From: an uncultured virus (IMG/VR IMGVR_UViG_3300037840_000096)
Lineage: Duplodnaviria > Heunggongvirae > Uroviricota > Caudoviricetes
Length of the DNA: 20,000 nt
Strand: one strand, 5' to 3'
IMG/VR virus record: IMGVR_UViG_3300037840_000096
Under the pieces are notes generated by a model. That model worked only from the letters and a program-made list of their open reading frames with translations, was not told the origin of the DNA and made no database searches. Shown here in pieces: positions 1 to 7,912 of the stretch. Each line of letters begins with the position of its first letter. The stretch's first letter is position 1. Position numbers and translations under genes: made by a program.

Positions 1-177
1 CAGAAGACCAACACCCACTGTAGCCAATACATCCAGAGGGTTCCCATAGACCTGAAGAGGAGCTTTGCTGCTGCCAACCATCTCCGGGGGCTCACAATCC
101 GCAGGACCCTCCTGCGTCTCATGAGACTATGGTTGGAAAACCCCAACATCCTCCCCTCTGAAGAAGGAGACGAGTAG
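1..177 (+). CDS. Ribbon-helix-helix (ParG/Arc/CopG-like) DNA-binding protein, 5'-truncated by the window edge
   Basis: Frame 1 is open from base 1 to TAG at 175-177: QKTNTHCSQYIQRVPIDLKRSFAAANHLRGLTIRRTLLRLMRLWLENPNILPSEEGDE. The strand-helix-G-helix pattern resembles ParG-type RHH proteins. Not in the ORF track. Confidence 0.55.
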   Translation, partial: QKTNTHCSQYIQRVPIDLKRSFAAANHLRGLTIRRTLLRLMRLWLENPNILPSEEGDE

Positions 178-183
178 AGTCCT

Positions 184-1047
184 ATGGAATTCACTGATCT
201 GTTGGATGAGCATGGTGTGGCTTACCACGTTACAGGAGCCAAGTGTACCCAGGGATGGGTGAACTTCACCTGCCCGTGGTGCATGCGTGATCCCTACATG
301 GGCTACAACATTCAGAACAGGTATGTTTCCTGCTGGAACTGTGGCTATCACCCTCTGGGAATGACTCTCCGGCTCCTTACTGGATTGTCACTTCCAGAGT
401 GTTTTCGCCTAACAGCAGAGTTTCCCAGGCTGTTCCTGGGGCACAAACCCCACACCGGGAGGTACAAAGAGCCTCCGAATCTGGAGCCTTTGACTACCTC
501 TGGTCTTCACAGAGACTATTTAGCAAACAGAGGGCTTTGGCCGGCAATCGTATCCAAAATGTGGGGAGTGAGGGCCATAGGGCCTTTGGGAGGCAGGATG
601 AAGTGGAGACTCTGGATTCCCATTCATCTGAGAGGAGAAATAGTCTCCTGGACAACCCGACACATCTCCCCGGAGAACCCTCTTCGCTACCTGAACGCTC
701 CTGATGAGGAATCCTCCTACCCAGTGAGCGATCTCCTGTATGGAATTGACCATGCCAGGTGTGCCATCATCGTAGTGGAAGGCCCCGTGGATGTGTGGAA
801 GATCGGGCCTGGAGCGGTAGCCACTTTGGGAACCAACGTAACCCCCACCCGGCTGCTCCAGATCGCCAGATTTCCCTACCGGGTGGTGTGTTTCGATAAC
901 GAACCGGATGCTCAGGTACGAGCAAAGTCTCTATGCAAAGAACTCTCCATGTACCCAGGGACCACGAAGAATGTAACCCTGGATTCCAAGGACCCAGGTT
1001 TCTGTACCCCACAGGAACTGGACTCTCTCAGGAGGTTAATTTTGTGA
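184..1047 (+). CDS. DNA primase (Zn-binding domain + TOPRIM)
   Basis: N-terminal CPWC...CWNC zinc ribbon; TOPRIM motifs IIVVEGPVD, AVATLGT, VCFDNEPD and KDPG. Confidence 0.9.
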   Translation: MEFTDLLDEHGVAYHVTGAKCTQGWVNFTCPWCMRDPYMGYNIQNRYVSCWNCGYHPLGMTLRLLTGLSLPECFRLTAEFPRLFLGHKPHTGRYKEPPNLEPLTTSGLHRDYLANRGLWPAIVSKMWGVRAIGPLGGRMKWRLWIPIHLRGEIVSWTTRHISPENPLRYLNAPDEESSYPVSDLLYGIDHARCAIIVVEGPVDVWKIGPGAVATLGTNVTPTRLLQIARFPYRVVCFDNEPDAQVRAKSLCKELSMYPGTTKNVTLDSKDPGFCTPQELDSLRRLIL

Positions 1048-1049
1048 TA

Positions 1050-1343
1050 ATGACAGATGGGCTGCCGGTCGGTGAGATCGTTAAAAAGCATCTCACAGAG
1101 AAATGCCTCTCTGTGAGGAAAGCAGCCAAAGAGTGCGATCTGTGCTGGCTTACAATTCAGAGGATGATAAAATCCTACGGGAGAAAGGTAACCCTAGAAT
1201 CCTTTCTGAGGGTCTGTAAAGCCTTGAAGGTGCCAGCCAGTCAGATTTTGAAAGAAGCGGAGGAGTTACATGAAGCCAGAAGAGAAAACACTGGTGTCCA
1301 GCCTGCCGGTGGGGTTAGTTCTGAAACGAGCAAGGCTGTATAA
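1050..1343 (+). CDS. XRE-family helix-turn-helix protein
   Basis: Likely ATG at 1050 just after the primase stop; LSVRKAAKECDLCWLTIQRM...TLESFLRVCKALKV matches the XRE HTH pattern. Confidence 0.75.
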   Translation: MTDGLPVGEIVKKHLTEKCLSVRKAAKECDLCWLTIQRMIKSYGRKVTLESFLRVCKALKVPASQILKEAEELHEARRENTGVQPAGGVSSETSKAV

Positions 1344-1599
1344 GGGACTCTCCGCTCGAAACTGTGCCAGGAGAGCAAAGATTTGTCTTCATACCTGGTT
1401 ACGGTTTGAAAACGGAACACGCGGGACAGGATCTGGTCCTGTAAGTATACAACTGTCCACTCTAATCATAGCGTGTCAATCGCTTGGGCTGTCTCCCGGT
1501 AAGGTACTTCTGGAGGCTGAAAGACTGAAAGCCACGGGAAGGCCCCTGGAAGACCCTGTAACGCCATTGCTGGCCGAAACGGAGCGTAGGTCCCTTTGA
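1270..1599 (+). CDS. XRE-family helix-turn-helix protein (paralog of the preceding gene)
   Basis: AGGAG before ATG; LKRARLYKGLSARNCARRAKICLHTWLRFENG...LSTLIIACQSLGLS is an XRE HTH. Confidence 0.8.
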   Translation: MKPEEKTLVSSLPVGLVLKRARLYKGLSARNCARRAKICLHTWLRFENGTRGTGSGPVSIQLSTLIIACQSLGLSPGKVLLEAERLKATGRPLEDPVTPLLAETERRSL

Positions 1600-1788
1600 G
1601 AGTTGGAGTGCCTTGGCGGGGCTGCCAGGGGCCTAGAAAAGGCTCCCGGTAAGACGGGGACCAAAGACAAACCGGCCAGGAGGTGAATCCCAGCCGGCTT
1701 GCCCGGAACAACAGAGTGGTGGTGCAGCGGAGGCAATGCCAATGTACACCATCTGCTCCTTCTGACACAAGATATACAGGAGTACACC

Positions 1789-2526
1789 ATGTCCTTTATG
1801 AAGGAAGAACCCAGAGATCCCAGGGCGGCGTACATAGCCCAAAGTCTCTATGCCAAACTCAGGGAGAAGAAAGTTCTGTACACGGGGGCTTCCCTCCGCT
1901 CCATGAGATCCTGCGTGTATGAGCTAGTGAAAAAACACGGTCTGGAGGAAGTGGAGAAAGCCCTGGAGTGGTATGGCAATCATCTGGGAGAGGAGTGGGT
2001 TCCGCATGCCTACTCTGGTAGCTCACTCCGGGTGAAGTTCGACCAGATCCACCAGGCCATGCAGAGGATAGCAGAAGAAGCTCCACCAGAGGAGATCAGC
2101 GAGGAAGCAAAAAGACTGGCTACATGGGCCATGAAAAACTGGTCCTGGCCAGCAGCGATAGAGGCATCTCTGGAGACGGTGATCCAAAAGTCTCTGGAAA
2201 ACTGGAGGTCTTTCTCCCAGAGAATAGAGACTTTGGTCAGGAAGCCCTATATGAAGGCCATGCTTCGGGAGGTTGATTTTATCACCCGAATTCAGGTCAT
2301 GTACTCCCCCACGTTCCTCCAGCAATGGCTGGAACTCCTGCACGAGGCTTACGGATGGCAAAGTCATTATCTGGGAAGGATGAACAAGCTCGTGTTCCAA
2401 CCGGGATCTGTACTATTCCGGGAACATATGTGGAGGGGATGGGCTCAGGTATGGACAGGATCAGCGACCGCATTCGACAGTCTGTTGAAGTCGCTGCTGA
2501 TATCCTCCGGGGAGAAGCAAACGTGA
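1789..2526 (+). CDS. Hypothetical protein with a segment resembling the C-terminal domain of phage replication initiators (lambda O-like)
   Basis: AGGAG then ATG 1789 (track ORF starts at 1699); EEVEKALEWY...WVPHAYSGSSLRVKFDQI resembles the 'W...ILSP.KLR.KFDQL' pattern of O-like proteins. Confidence 0.5.
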   Translation: MSFMKEEPRDPRAAYIAQSLYAKLREKKVLYTGASLRSMRSCVYELVKKHGLEEVEKALEWYGNHLGEEWVPHAYSGSSLRVKFDQIHQAMQRIAEEAPPEEISEEAKRLATWAMKNWSWPAAIEASLETVIQKSLENWRSFSQRIETLVRKPYMKAMLREVDFITRIQVMYSPTFLQQWLELLHEAYGWQSHYLGRMNKLVFQPGSVLFREHMWRGWAQVWTGSATAFDSLLKSLLISSGEKQT

Positions 2527-3188
2527 AAGGAGAGTGGGAAGGCGTGATGCTGGTGGATCTCAAGCCAGGGGACATAGTGGAGTACCCGGAAGACGAACCC
2601 TGCGACACGTTTTCAGTTGTGAGTGTGGAACTTCGACCGTCAGAACTGGTTCGGATTCGGATGACAAGGTTGGACAACGGAGCAGAGCAGAGGATGTTTA
2701 TGGCTGGAGGCCAGATAATCAGGAGAAAAGTTGTGAGTGAACTCACTCCCGCTGCTCTGGCAGCAACCGCGAAGATAATCCTGTCTGTTTTTCACGATAA
2801 AGACGACTGCCTAGGTGAGATAGCCCACAGGACCATCGGCCTCCAGGTCATGGAGATTCTGACCCTGCTGGATATAGATGCACAACCCCACTTCGACCAA
2901 ATCCTGGAGCACATGCTCTCCTACCTGGATAATAACTGCCAGGCTGGTTATTTGCGAGTTCTGCAAGATTTCCTCATGGAGGCGAATGTGGTCCCTCCCT
3001 ATCTTGCTCTGGTTCTCATGGTCTGTACAACCCTGGGCCGGTGCAGGCAGTGGGTTCAGAACACCATGAAGAGCCAGCCCAATCATCAAGCACAGCAAGT
3101 CTCCAGTTCCCTGAACAAATTGGAGAAGTGCATGCGGGTCATGCGGTTTGGGGTGCTGGAGGGAAGTAGAGGGGGAAATCATGAGTGA
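2523..3188 (+). CDS. Hypothetical protein
   Basis: GGAG then GTG 2523 overlapping the upstream TGA (GTGA coupling); long ORF with no recognisable motif. Confidence 0.65.
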   Translation: MKGEWEGVMLVDLKPGDIVEYPEDEPCDTFSVVSVELRPSELVRIRMTRLDNGAEQRMFMAGGQIIRRKVVSELTPAALAATAKIILSVFHDKDDCLGEIAHRTIGLQVMEILTLLDIDAQPHFDQILEHMLSYLDNNCQAGYLRVLQDFLMEANVVPPYLALVLMVCTTLGRCRQWVQNTMKSQPNHQAQQVSSSLNKLEKCMRVMRFGVLEGSRGGNHE

Positions 3189-3396
3189 ATCACGTTGGGT
3201 ACATCTGAATGTAGAAAGAGTCCAGGCAGCTACAGAAAAAGCTGCCTTGTGCTTCCTGGAGGATCGTGAAGAGGAAGTCTGGATTCCTTTCTCCCAGATG
3301 GAAGATCCAGACAACGTGTCGGTGGGGGATAAGAACTGCACTATCTCGGTCACCAGATGGTGGGCTGAGAAGCAAGGGATAGAAGATGAAGGTTGA
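3181..3396 (+). CDS. Small conserved phage hypothetical protein
   Basis: GAGGGGG then ATG 3181; TEKAAL...EVWIPFSQ...VTRWWAEKQG is a pattern common in small phage proteins. Confidence 0.7.
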   Translation: MSESRWVHLNVERVQAATEKAALCFLEDREEEVWIPFSQMEDPDNVSVGDKNCTISVTRWWAEKQGIEDEG

Positions 3397-4819
3397 GGAG
3401 TTCGACGGAGCCAGAGAGCAGGAAGCTCTGTTTCTCTGCGTGAAGGTAACAGAGTTTCTCTCCAGGGTCGCGGGAAGGATTGGCAAAGATCCCTGGAGAG
3501 CGAAATCCTCTAATCTGATTTGGAAATGGAGTGAGGAGTATTTCGCCAGGTACAAGCAGGCCCCTGATAGAGAGATCATGGCTCCTTTTCAGGAATGGGC
3601 CAGAAAATCAGGAAAAGACGAAGCTAGCCACAAGAACATAGACCGGCTTCTCTCCTGGATTCTTGACAGAGAAGTAGCAAAGTCCCTATCCCTGGCTCAT
3701 GCCCTAGATAGGGCTCAGGAGCATCTGAATGACGTGCGGCTGGGAAGGCATCTGGAGGAACTTACGAGGTTTCGAGAGCAAGGACAGGTAAGGGAAGCCC
3801 TAGTTTGTGTGCAGAGTTTCGTGAAGCTGGATCTGGAATCAGCACCCTATGTGGACGTGCTGCGGGATCTGGCAGCACATAAAGAGGCCCTGGAAGCGTC
3901 TCAGAGGGTTCTGGTGGAGATGCCGGGAGCAGCGGGAGAGTTCTTTGGCAACGAGCTATCTGAGAACGCCTTCGTGGCTTTTATGGCTGCTGCCAAAGGT
4001 GGAAAGTCTTACGCCCTCCTGGACATTGCCTGGCGGGCCTTTCGGCAGGGCAGGAAAGTGGCCTACTTCCAAGTAGGTGACCTTTCGCGGGATCAGATAA
4101 TTCGCAGGTTCCAGCGTAGAATCGTATACCGAAAGCTGGAACCTGGGATTTTCCAGAAACCAGTACGCATTACCGTTCCCAGCGAATCTCGTGGGCTGGC
4201 TGTCGTGGAGTATGAGCAGAAGGAGTTCACGAGAGAGGTGTCCTTCGCGAAACTTAACAAAGCCATAGAGACTTTGGCCGGCTCCCGGCCTGATCCTGAT
4301 TCGGGTGGGGAGTTACGGCTTTCTTACCATCCGATCAAAACTGTGTCTACGGTAGACATAAAAAACATTCTGGATTCCTGGGACCAAAGTGGTTTCCAGA
4401 GCCAGGTGATTTGCGTAGACTATGCTGGCAACCTTGCCCACTCTGGTGCCAGCAGGGATTTCGACAACATCTCCCAGACCGCTCATACCTGGGCCATGTT
4501 GCGGCAGTTGTCAGAGGTGCGGAAGTGTTTGGTGGTTACGGCCAACCAGACCAACAAGGAAGGGTTCACTTCCTGGGTGCTAACCCGAAAGAACTTTGCA
4601 GATTCCAAGATGATTCTTGCACACTGCACCGCTTTCCTTGGCGTGAACATGACAGATGAGGAGAAGCAGAGAGGCATCCTGCGATATAACTTCGTCGTAA
4701 GACGAGAGGATGCCTACAGTGAGTCGTTCTGTTTGTATGCGGGGAGCTATCTGGCGGCTGCTGACCCGCTTGCAGTTACAACCTTGCCGCCGAAAGGGTT
4801 CCCAGCAAAGCTGGGATGA
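3386..4819 (+). CDS. Replicative DNA helicase, DnaB/SF4-like
   Basis: Walker A FMAAAKGGKS, Walker B VICVDYA, SF4 motif LVVTANQTN; 477 aa; located near the primase. Confidence 0.88.
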   Translation: MKVEEFDGAREQEALFLCVKVTEFLSRVAGRIGKDPWRAKSSNLIWKWSEEYFARYKQAPDREIMAPFQEWARKSGKDEASHKNIDRLLSWILDREVAKSLSLAHALDRAQEHLNDVRLGRHLEELTRFREQGQVREALVCVQSFVKLDLESAPYVDVLRDLAAHKEALEASQRVLVEMPGAAGEFFGNELSENAFVAFMAAAKGGKSYALLDIAWRAFRQGRKVAYFQVGDLSRDQIIRRFQRRIVYRKLEPGIFQKPVRITVPSESRGLAVVEYEQKEFTREVSFAKLNKAIETLAGSRPDPDSGGELRLSYHPIKTVSTVDIKNILDSWDQSGFQSQVICVDYAGNLAHSGASRDFDNISQTAHTWAMLRQLSEVRKCLVVTANQTNKEGFTSWVLTRKNFADSKMILAHCTAFLGVNMTDEEKQRGILRYNFVVRREDAYSESFCLYAGSYLAAADPLAVTTLPPKGFPAKLG

Positions 4820-4825
4820 AAGGGG

Positions 4826-5179
4826 ATGAGAATGGCTTTTCGTGAGTTCAAAGAATCCCAGGAGGGAGGAGGTAACTCCGTTGGGGATTTCAAAAACGCA
4901 GCCAACAGTCAAGCGAAGAGAAGGCGTTTGGTCAGTGTGGCTACATACTACAATCCCGATCACTCCATTCACGGGAGGATTTGTATTCGTGCAGTCCACG
5001 CCGACGCCAATCCAGTCCTCACCCTGCATACCGCAGCGGCCCTGGAGGTGGTGAAGGGCATCCTGGAGAACCTCCCAGACTCTGTGATTCTGGACGAGGA
5101 ACTCCAGAGGATTATCAGCGAAAGGATCGGGAGGGCCTCTGGAGTGCAAGAAACCCAAAGCGAATCGGAGGGATCGTGA
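4826..5179 (+). CDS. Hypothetical protein
   Basis: ORF fills the gap after the helicase, with AAGGGG upstream and GTGA coupling to the next gene. Confidence 0.6.
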   Translation: MRMAFREFKESQEGGGNSVGDFKNAANSQAKRRRLVSVATYYNPDHSIHGRICIRAVHADANPVLTLHTAAALEVVKGILENLPDSVILDEELQRIISERIGRASGVQETQSESEGS

Positions 5180-5667
5180 CCACACCGCAGAAACTGAGAA
5201 TTCTGAAGCAGGAAGCCACTCTGTTCCGGGACGGCAAAGTCCCTATCTACCTGATGCCCGATGGCAGGTTTGCCTGCTGCTGGGGAGGGAAATGGCTGGT
5301 CAGGGCCAGCGTAAAGTCGCTGGAGAAACACACCAACGCTCACAGACCCTTCGTGAAGTTGATGTGTGTCGCAGAGAACTTTCCTTCCTATCAGGACATG
5401 GCTCCCGTGGTGATGGAAGTCTCTGACATGCAGCAGTCCTACGTTTTCGACAAGGAGGGGAAACGCCGGACCCGGCATTCTGGGTGCTGGACGAGGTACG
5501 ATTCTGAGTTGTATGCTCAAGCTCTGGCTCTGGAGAAGAAACGCTTGAAATACCAGGAAGAACTCCAGGCAGAGTACGAAAAGATCCGGGAAGCTGTCAG
5601 AGGGAGGAGGATCTATCCTTCTTCTTTCAAGGATCTCCTGGAGAAGGAAGAGGAAGAAGAGGAGTAG
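5176..5667 (+). CDS. Hypothetical protein
   Basis: GGAGG then GTG 5176 (track ORF starts at 4981); coiled-coil and acidic C-terminus. Confidence 0.65.
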   Translation: MTTPQKLRILKQEATLFRDGKVPIYLMPDGRFACCWGGKWLVRASVKSLEKHTNAHRPFVKLMCVAENFPSYQDMAPVVMEVSDMQQSYVFDKEGKRRTRHSGCWTRYDSELYAQALALEKKRLKYQEELQAEYEKIREAVRGRRIYPSSFKDLLEKEEEEEE

Positions 5668-5691
5668 TTTCGCCCGACAGGAGAGCAATGG

Positions 5692-6204
5692 ATGTTCGAC
5701 AAGGAGGTTCCGCTGTGGCAGTTGATTTCGAGGCTCTGGAGATATGGCAACATGGCAGACAAGCAAGCAACTCGGACGTGGTTCGGGCTCAGAGGGCCTA
5801 TCACAAGAGAACTGGCTCTCGGAGCCAGCCAGCACCTTCGGGATCTTCTCCCAGAGGACTTCCCGCAGATCGTGACCCTCTGTGGGTCCACGAAGTTCAA
5901 GGAAGAGTTCATTCAGATGAACTTTGAACTCACGATGGCGGGACGCATCGTAATCTCTGTGGGGTGGTTCTCTCACGTTGATGGCAGGATTTACACTCCC
6001 ACGGAGGAAGAGAAAAAAAAGCTGGACGAGCTTCACCTGCGTAAGATTGACCTGAGCGATGCAATCTTCGTAGTGTCCAGGGATGGATACATCGGAGAAA
6101 GCACCACCAGGGAGATCGAGTACGCTCTCAAGACGGGCAAAACCGTCTGGTGGATGGAGAAAACAGCAGAAGAGAAGTTCATGAATCGCTCCCTTTCACA
6201 GTGA
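5692..6204 (+). CDS. Nucleoside 2'-deoxyribosyltransferase-like (NDT/DUF4406-like) protein
   Basis: IVTLCGSTKF...LHLRKIDLSDAIFVV...GYIGESTTREIEYALKTGK is the NDT/Rcl-like fold signature. Confidence 0.75.
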   Translation: MFDKEVPLWQLISRLWRYGNMADKQATRTWFGLRGPITRELALGASQHLRDLLPEDFPQIVTLCGSTKFKEEFIQMNFELTMAGRIVISVGWFSHVDGRIYTPTEEEKKKLDELHLRKIDLSDAIFVVSRDGYIGESTTREIEYALKTGKTVWWMEKTAEEKFMNRSLSQ

Positions 6205-6208
6205 AAGG
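6192..6208. promoter_or_regulatory. Perfect 17-bp palindrome CCTTTCAC-A-GTGAAAGG upstream of the parB-like gene (parS-like core)
   Basis: 8+1+8 inverted repeat seen directly; its core TTTCAC.GTGAAA resembles bacterial parS (TGTTTCACGTGAAACA) with one extra central base. Confidence 0.4.
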
Positions 6209-6307
6209 CGAGCAAAGTCCCTATAGTCCCAGCGATGCTGGGAGCCCTATGGACTTGGCTTCTGACCAACAGCAGGGATAGTCGCCTACAACAGCGAGAG
6301 GTGCAAG

Positions 6308-7642
6308 ATGGCGAAGAACGGCAAGAAATCCAAGACCGAAACCGAGATCCCCGGACTCAAGATCATCAGCGTGGACACGCTGATGGTGCCGGTGGACGAG
6401 TTCGTGGACAACAGTGCTCAGTCCCGTGGCATGGGGATCTTCTCCAAGCTGGGAGGGGAGGGCTATGGCCTCTTCGAGCGAAAGGGGGTCAACAAGAAAA
6501 GCATTTGGGAGATGCTGCACTCTGACAAGGAGGAGCAGCGGTCAGCGGCTCTGACCCTCCTGGAGGAACACGAGGGGGAGGAGTCGGAGGACCGGCAGAA
6601 GAAGCTGCCCGCTTCCGGTGGGAACTCCCTCTGGGCTCTGGCCAAGGACCTGCACGACAACCCCGCTGGGCTGCTCCAGCCCATTCTGGCCTGGGACACA
6701 GGGGATGGATTCGACTGCATTGCTGGTGCCCGTAGGCTGGTTTCCTACGCCATCAACAAGGCCCTGTACCCCGACGAGGATCGTTGGGGTGAGATCGAGA
6801 CACGAGTCTTCAAGTTCGATGGCACTCCTTCTCCCCTGGCTCTGCGACTCATGGCCAGGAGCGAGAACAAGATTCGCCGGGGGGAGAGTCCGCTGGATCG
6901 GGCCATGTCCTTCTCCCAGGACATGAAGGACGGAGGGTACACCATCGCTCAGTATTCCAGGATCGTCGGATTCTCGGAGCAGTACATCTCCGACTACACG
7001 AAGCGACTTCTGGACAAGAGGATGAAGGAGTTCTGGCCCAAGATTCACTCCGGGGAGTGGACGGTGGACAAGGCCCTCCGCAAGTACCGATCTTTCTCGA
7101 AGGAGGCGGAAGCCAAGCGGGAGGACAGCAACGGCACCCGTGACCGCTGGCCGTCTGCCAAGGCCACGGTCAAGACCTACAACCTGAAAAAGAAGCCAGA
7201 AGAGATGAGCGACGAGGAATGGACTCTCTGGACTTCTCCCGACGTTCGCAAGCTGATCGCTCTGACCTTCCACGTCGAATACTCCGAGTGGGAGCCTGGC
7301 AAGCCAGAGGAAGAGAAGCCCGCTGAGAAAGCGGAACCGGAAGGCAAAGCCACCAAACCCGGTGGTGGCAAGATCATCAGGATTCCCAGGCTGACGGCCC
7401 AACTTCTTCTGGTGGGATTGGGCAAGACGGATGCTCGAACCTACGACGATGCCAAACTGAAGGAGAAGCTGGAAAGCCTTCCCAACCTGATCGAGGATGG
7501 AACCCCGGAGTTGGATGACGCCACTCTGGAGAAGGTGAAGAACCGGCTCCTGGAGGCTTACCGTGAGGACTTGAACGTCGAGATCATCGACGGGAAATAC
7601 TCCGGGAAGGGTAAAGCCAAGGCCGGTGCTGCGGCCAAGTGA
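6308..7642 (+). CDS. parB: ParB/Spo0J-family protein (ParB N-terminal CTPase domain + HTH)
   Basis: GLLQPIL...IAGARRL (GxRR box), SENKIRRGESPLDRA, HTH YTIAQYSRIVGFSEQYISDY; GAGGTG Shine-Dalgarno. Confidence 0.85.
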   Translation: MAKNGKKSKTETEIPGLKIISVDTLMVPVDEFVDNSAQSRGMGIFSKLGGEGYGLFERKGVNKKSIWEMLHSDKEEQRSAALTLLEEHEGEESEDRQKKLPASGGNSLWALAKDLHDNPAGLLQPILAWDTGDGFDCIAGARRLVSYAINKALYPDEDRWGEIETRVFKFDGTPSPLALRLMARSENKIRRGESPLDRAMSFSQDMKDGGYTIAQYSRIVGFSEQYISDYTKRLLDKRMKEFWPKIHSGEWTVDKALRKYRSFSKEAEAKREDSNGTRDRWPSAKATVKTYNLKKKPEEMSDEEWTLWTSPDVRKLIALTFHVEYSEWEPGKPEEEKPAEKAEPEGKATKPGGGKIIRIPRLTAQLLLVGLGKTDARTYDDAKLKEKLESLPNLIEDGTPELDDATLEKVKNRLLEAYREDLNVEIIDGKYSGKGKAKAGAAAK

Positions 7643-7675
7643 GTCCACGGAAGTATGGTCGTCCCTGCTGCCCTG

Positions 7676-7749
7676 CAACCAGCACCGTACAACTTAGCAC
7701 CACGAGCCTGCCGTGGGTGGAAAGCAGGCAAACCAACTGTTGCTGGTTG
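7676..7749 (+). ncRNA. Structured RNA element: H-type pseudoknot enclosed by a 9-bp helix
   Basis: CAACCAGCA (7676-7684) pairs with TGCTGGTTG (7741-7749); S1 is CCACG/CGTGG and S2 is GCCTGC/GCAGGC. Confidence 0.4.
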
Positions 7750-7750
7750 G

Positions 7751-7788
7751 ATGCCAGCCCTACTCCTGGCGGGGTGGGCTGGTGTTTT
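7751..7788 (+). terminator. GC-rich hairpin followed by a short T-tract (putative intrinsic terminator or processing stem)
   Basis: ATGCCAGCCC-T-ACTCC-TGGC-GGGGT-GGGCTGGTGT followed by TTT, downstream of parB. Confidence 0.5.
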
Positions 7789-7883
7789 CGACATAGTGGA
7801 GACTTCGAGGAAGTCCCGTTCTTCTTGAAAGAATGCCGCAACCGTAAGGCCGGCTGGGGTAGTGCAACTCTACCCGTGTCGAT
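7788..7883 (+). tRNA. Non-canonical tRNA-like cloverleaf with long variable arm (anticodon ambiguous: UUG, or UGA in a shifted register)
   Basis: Acceptor TCGACAT/GTGTCGA; D-like stem GACTTC/GAAGTC; anticodon arm GTTCT-TCTTGAA-AGAAT; variable arm GCCG..CC-GTAA-GG..CGGC; T arm GGGTAG-TGCAACT-CTACCC; no adjacent CCA. Confidence 0.55.
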
Positions 7884-7912
7884 TTCGTCCAAAGTCCCTA
7901 TGGAGAAAGCTG

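Noticed and set aside
2186..2197. Further partial motif matches such as AAAGTCTCTGG
   Set aside because: Three or more mismatches, which is compatible with chance, so they were not counted
6542..7678. Long minus-strand ORFs (378 aa here; also 4969-6036 and 15537-16418)
   Set aside because: They are antisense shadows of well-supported + strand genes with biased codon usage
7643..7912. tmRNA or canonical tRNA-Sec
   Set aside because: No G3-U70 alanine acceptor, CCA or tag frame, and no UCA anticodon or 8/5 fold
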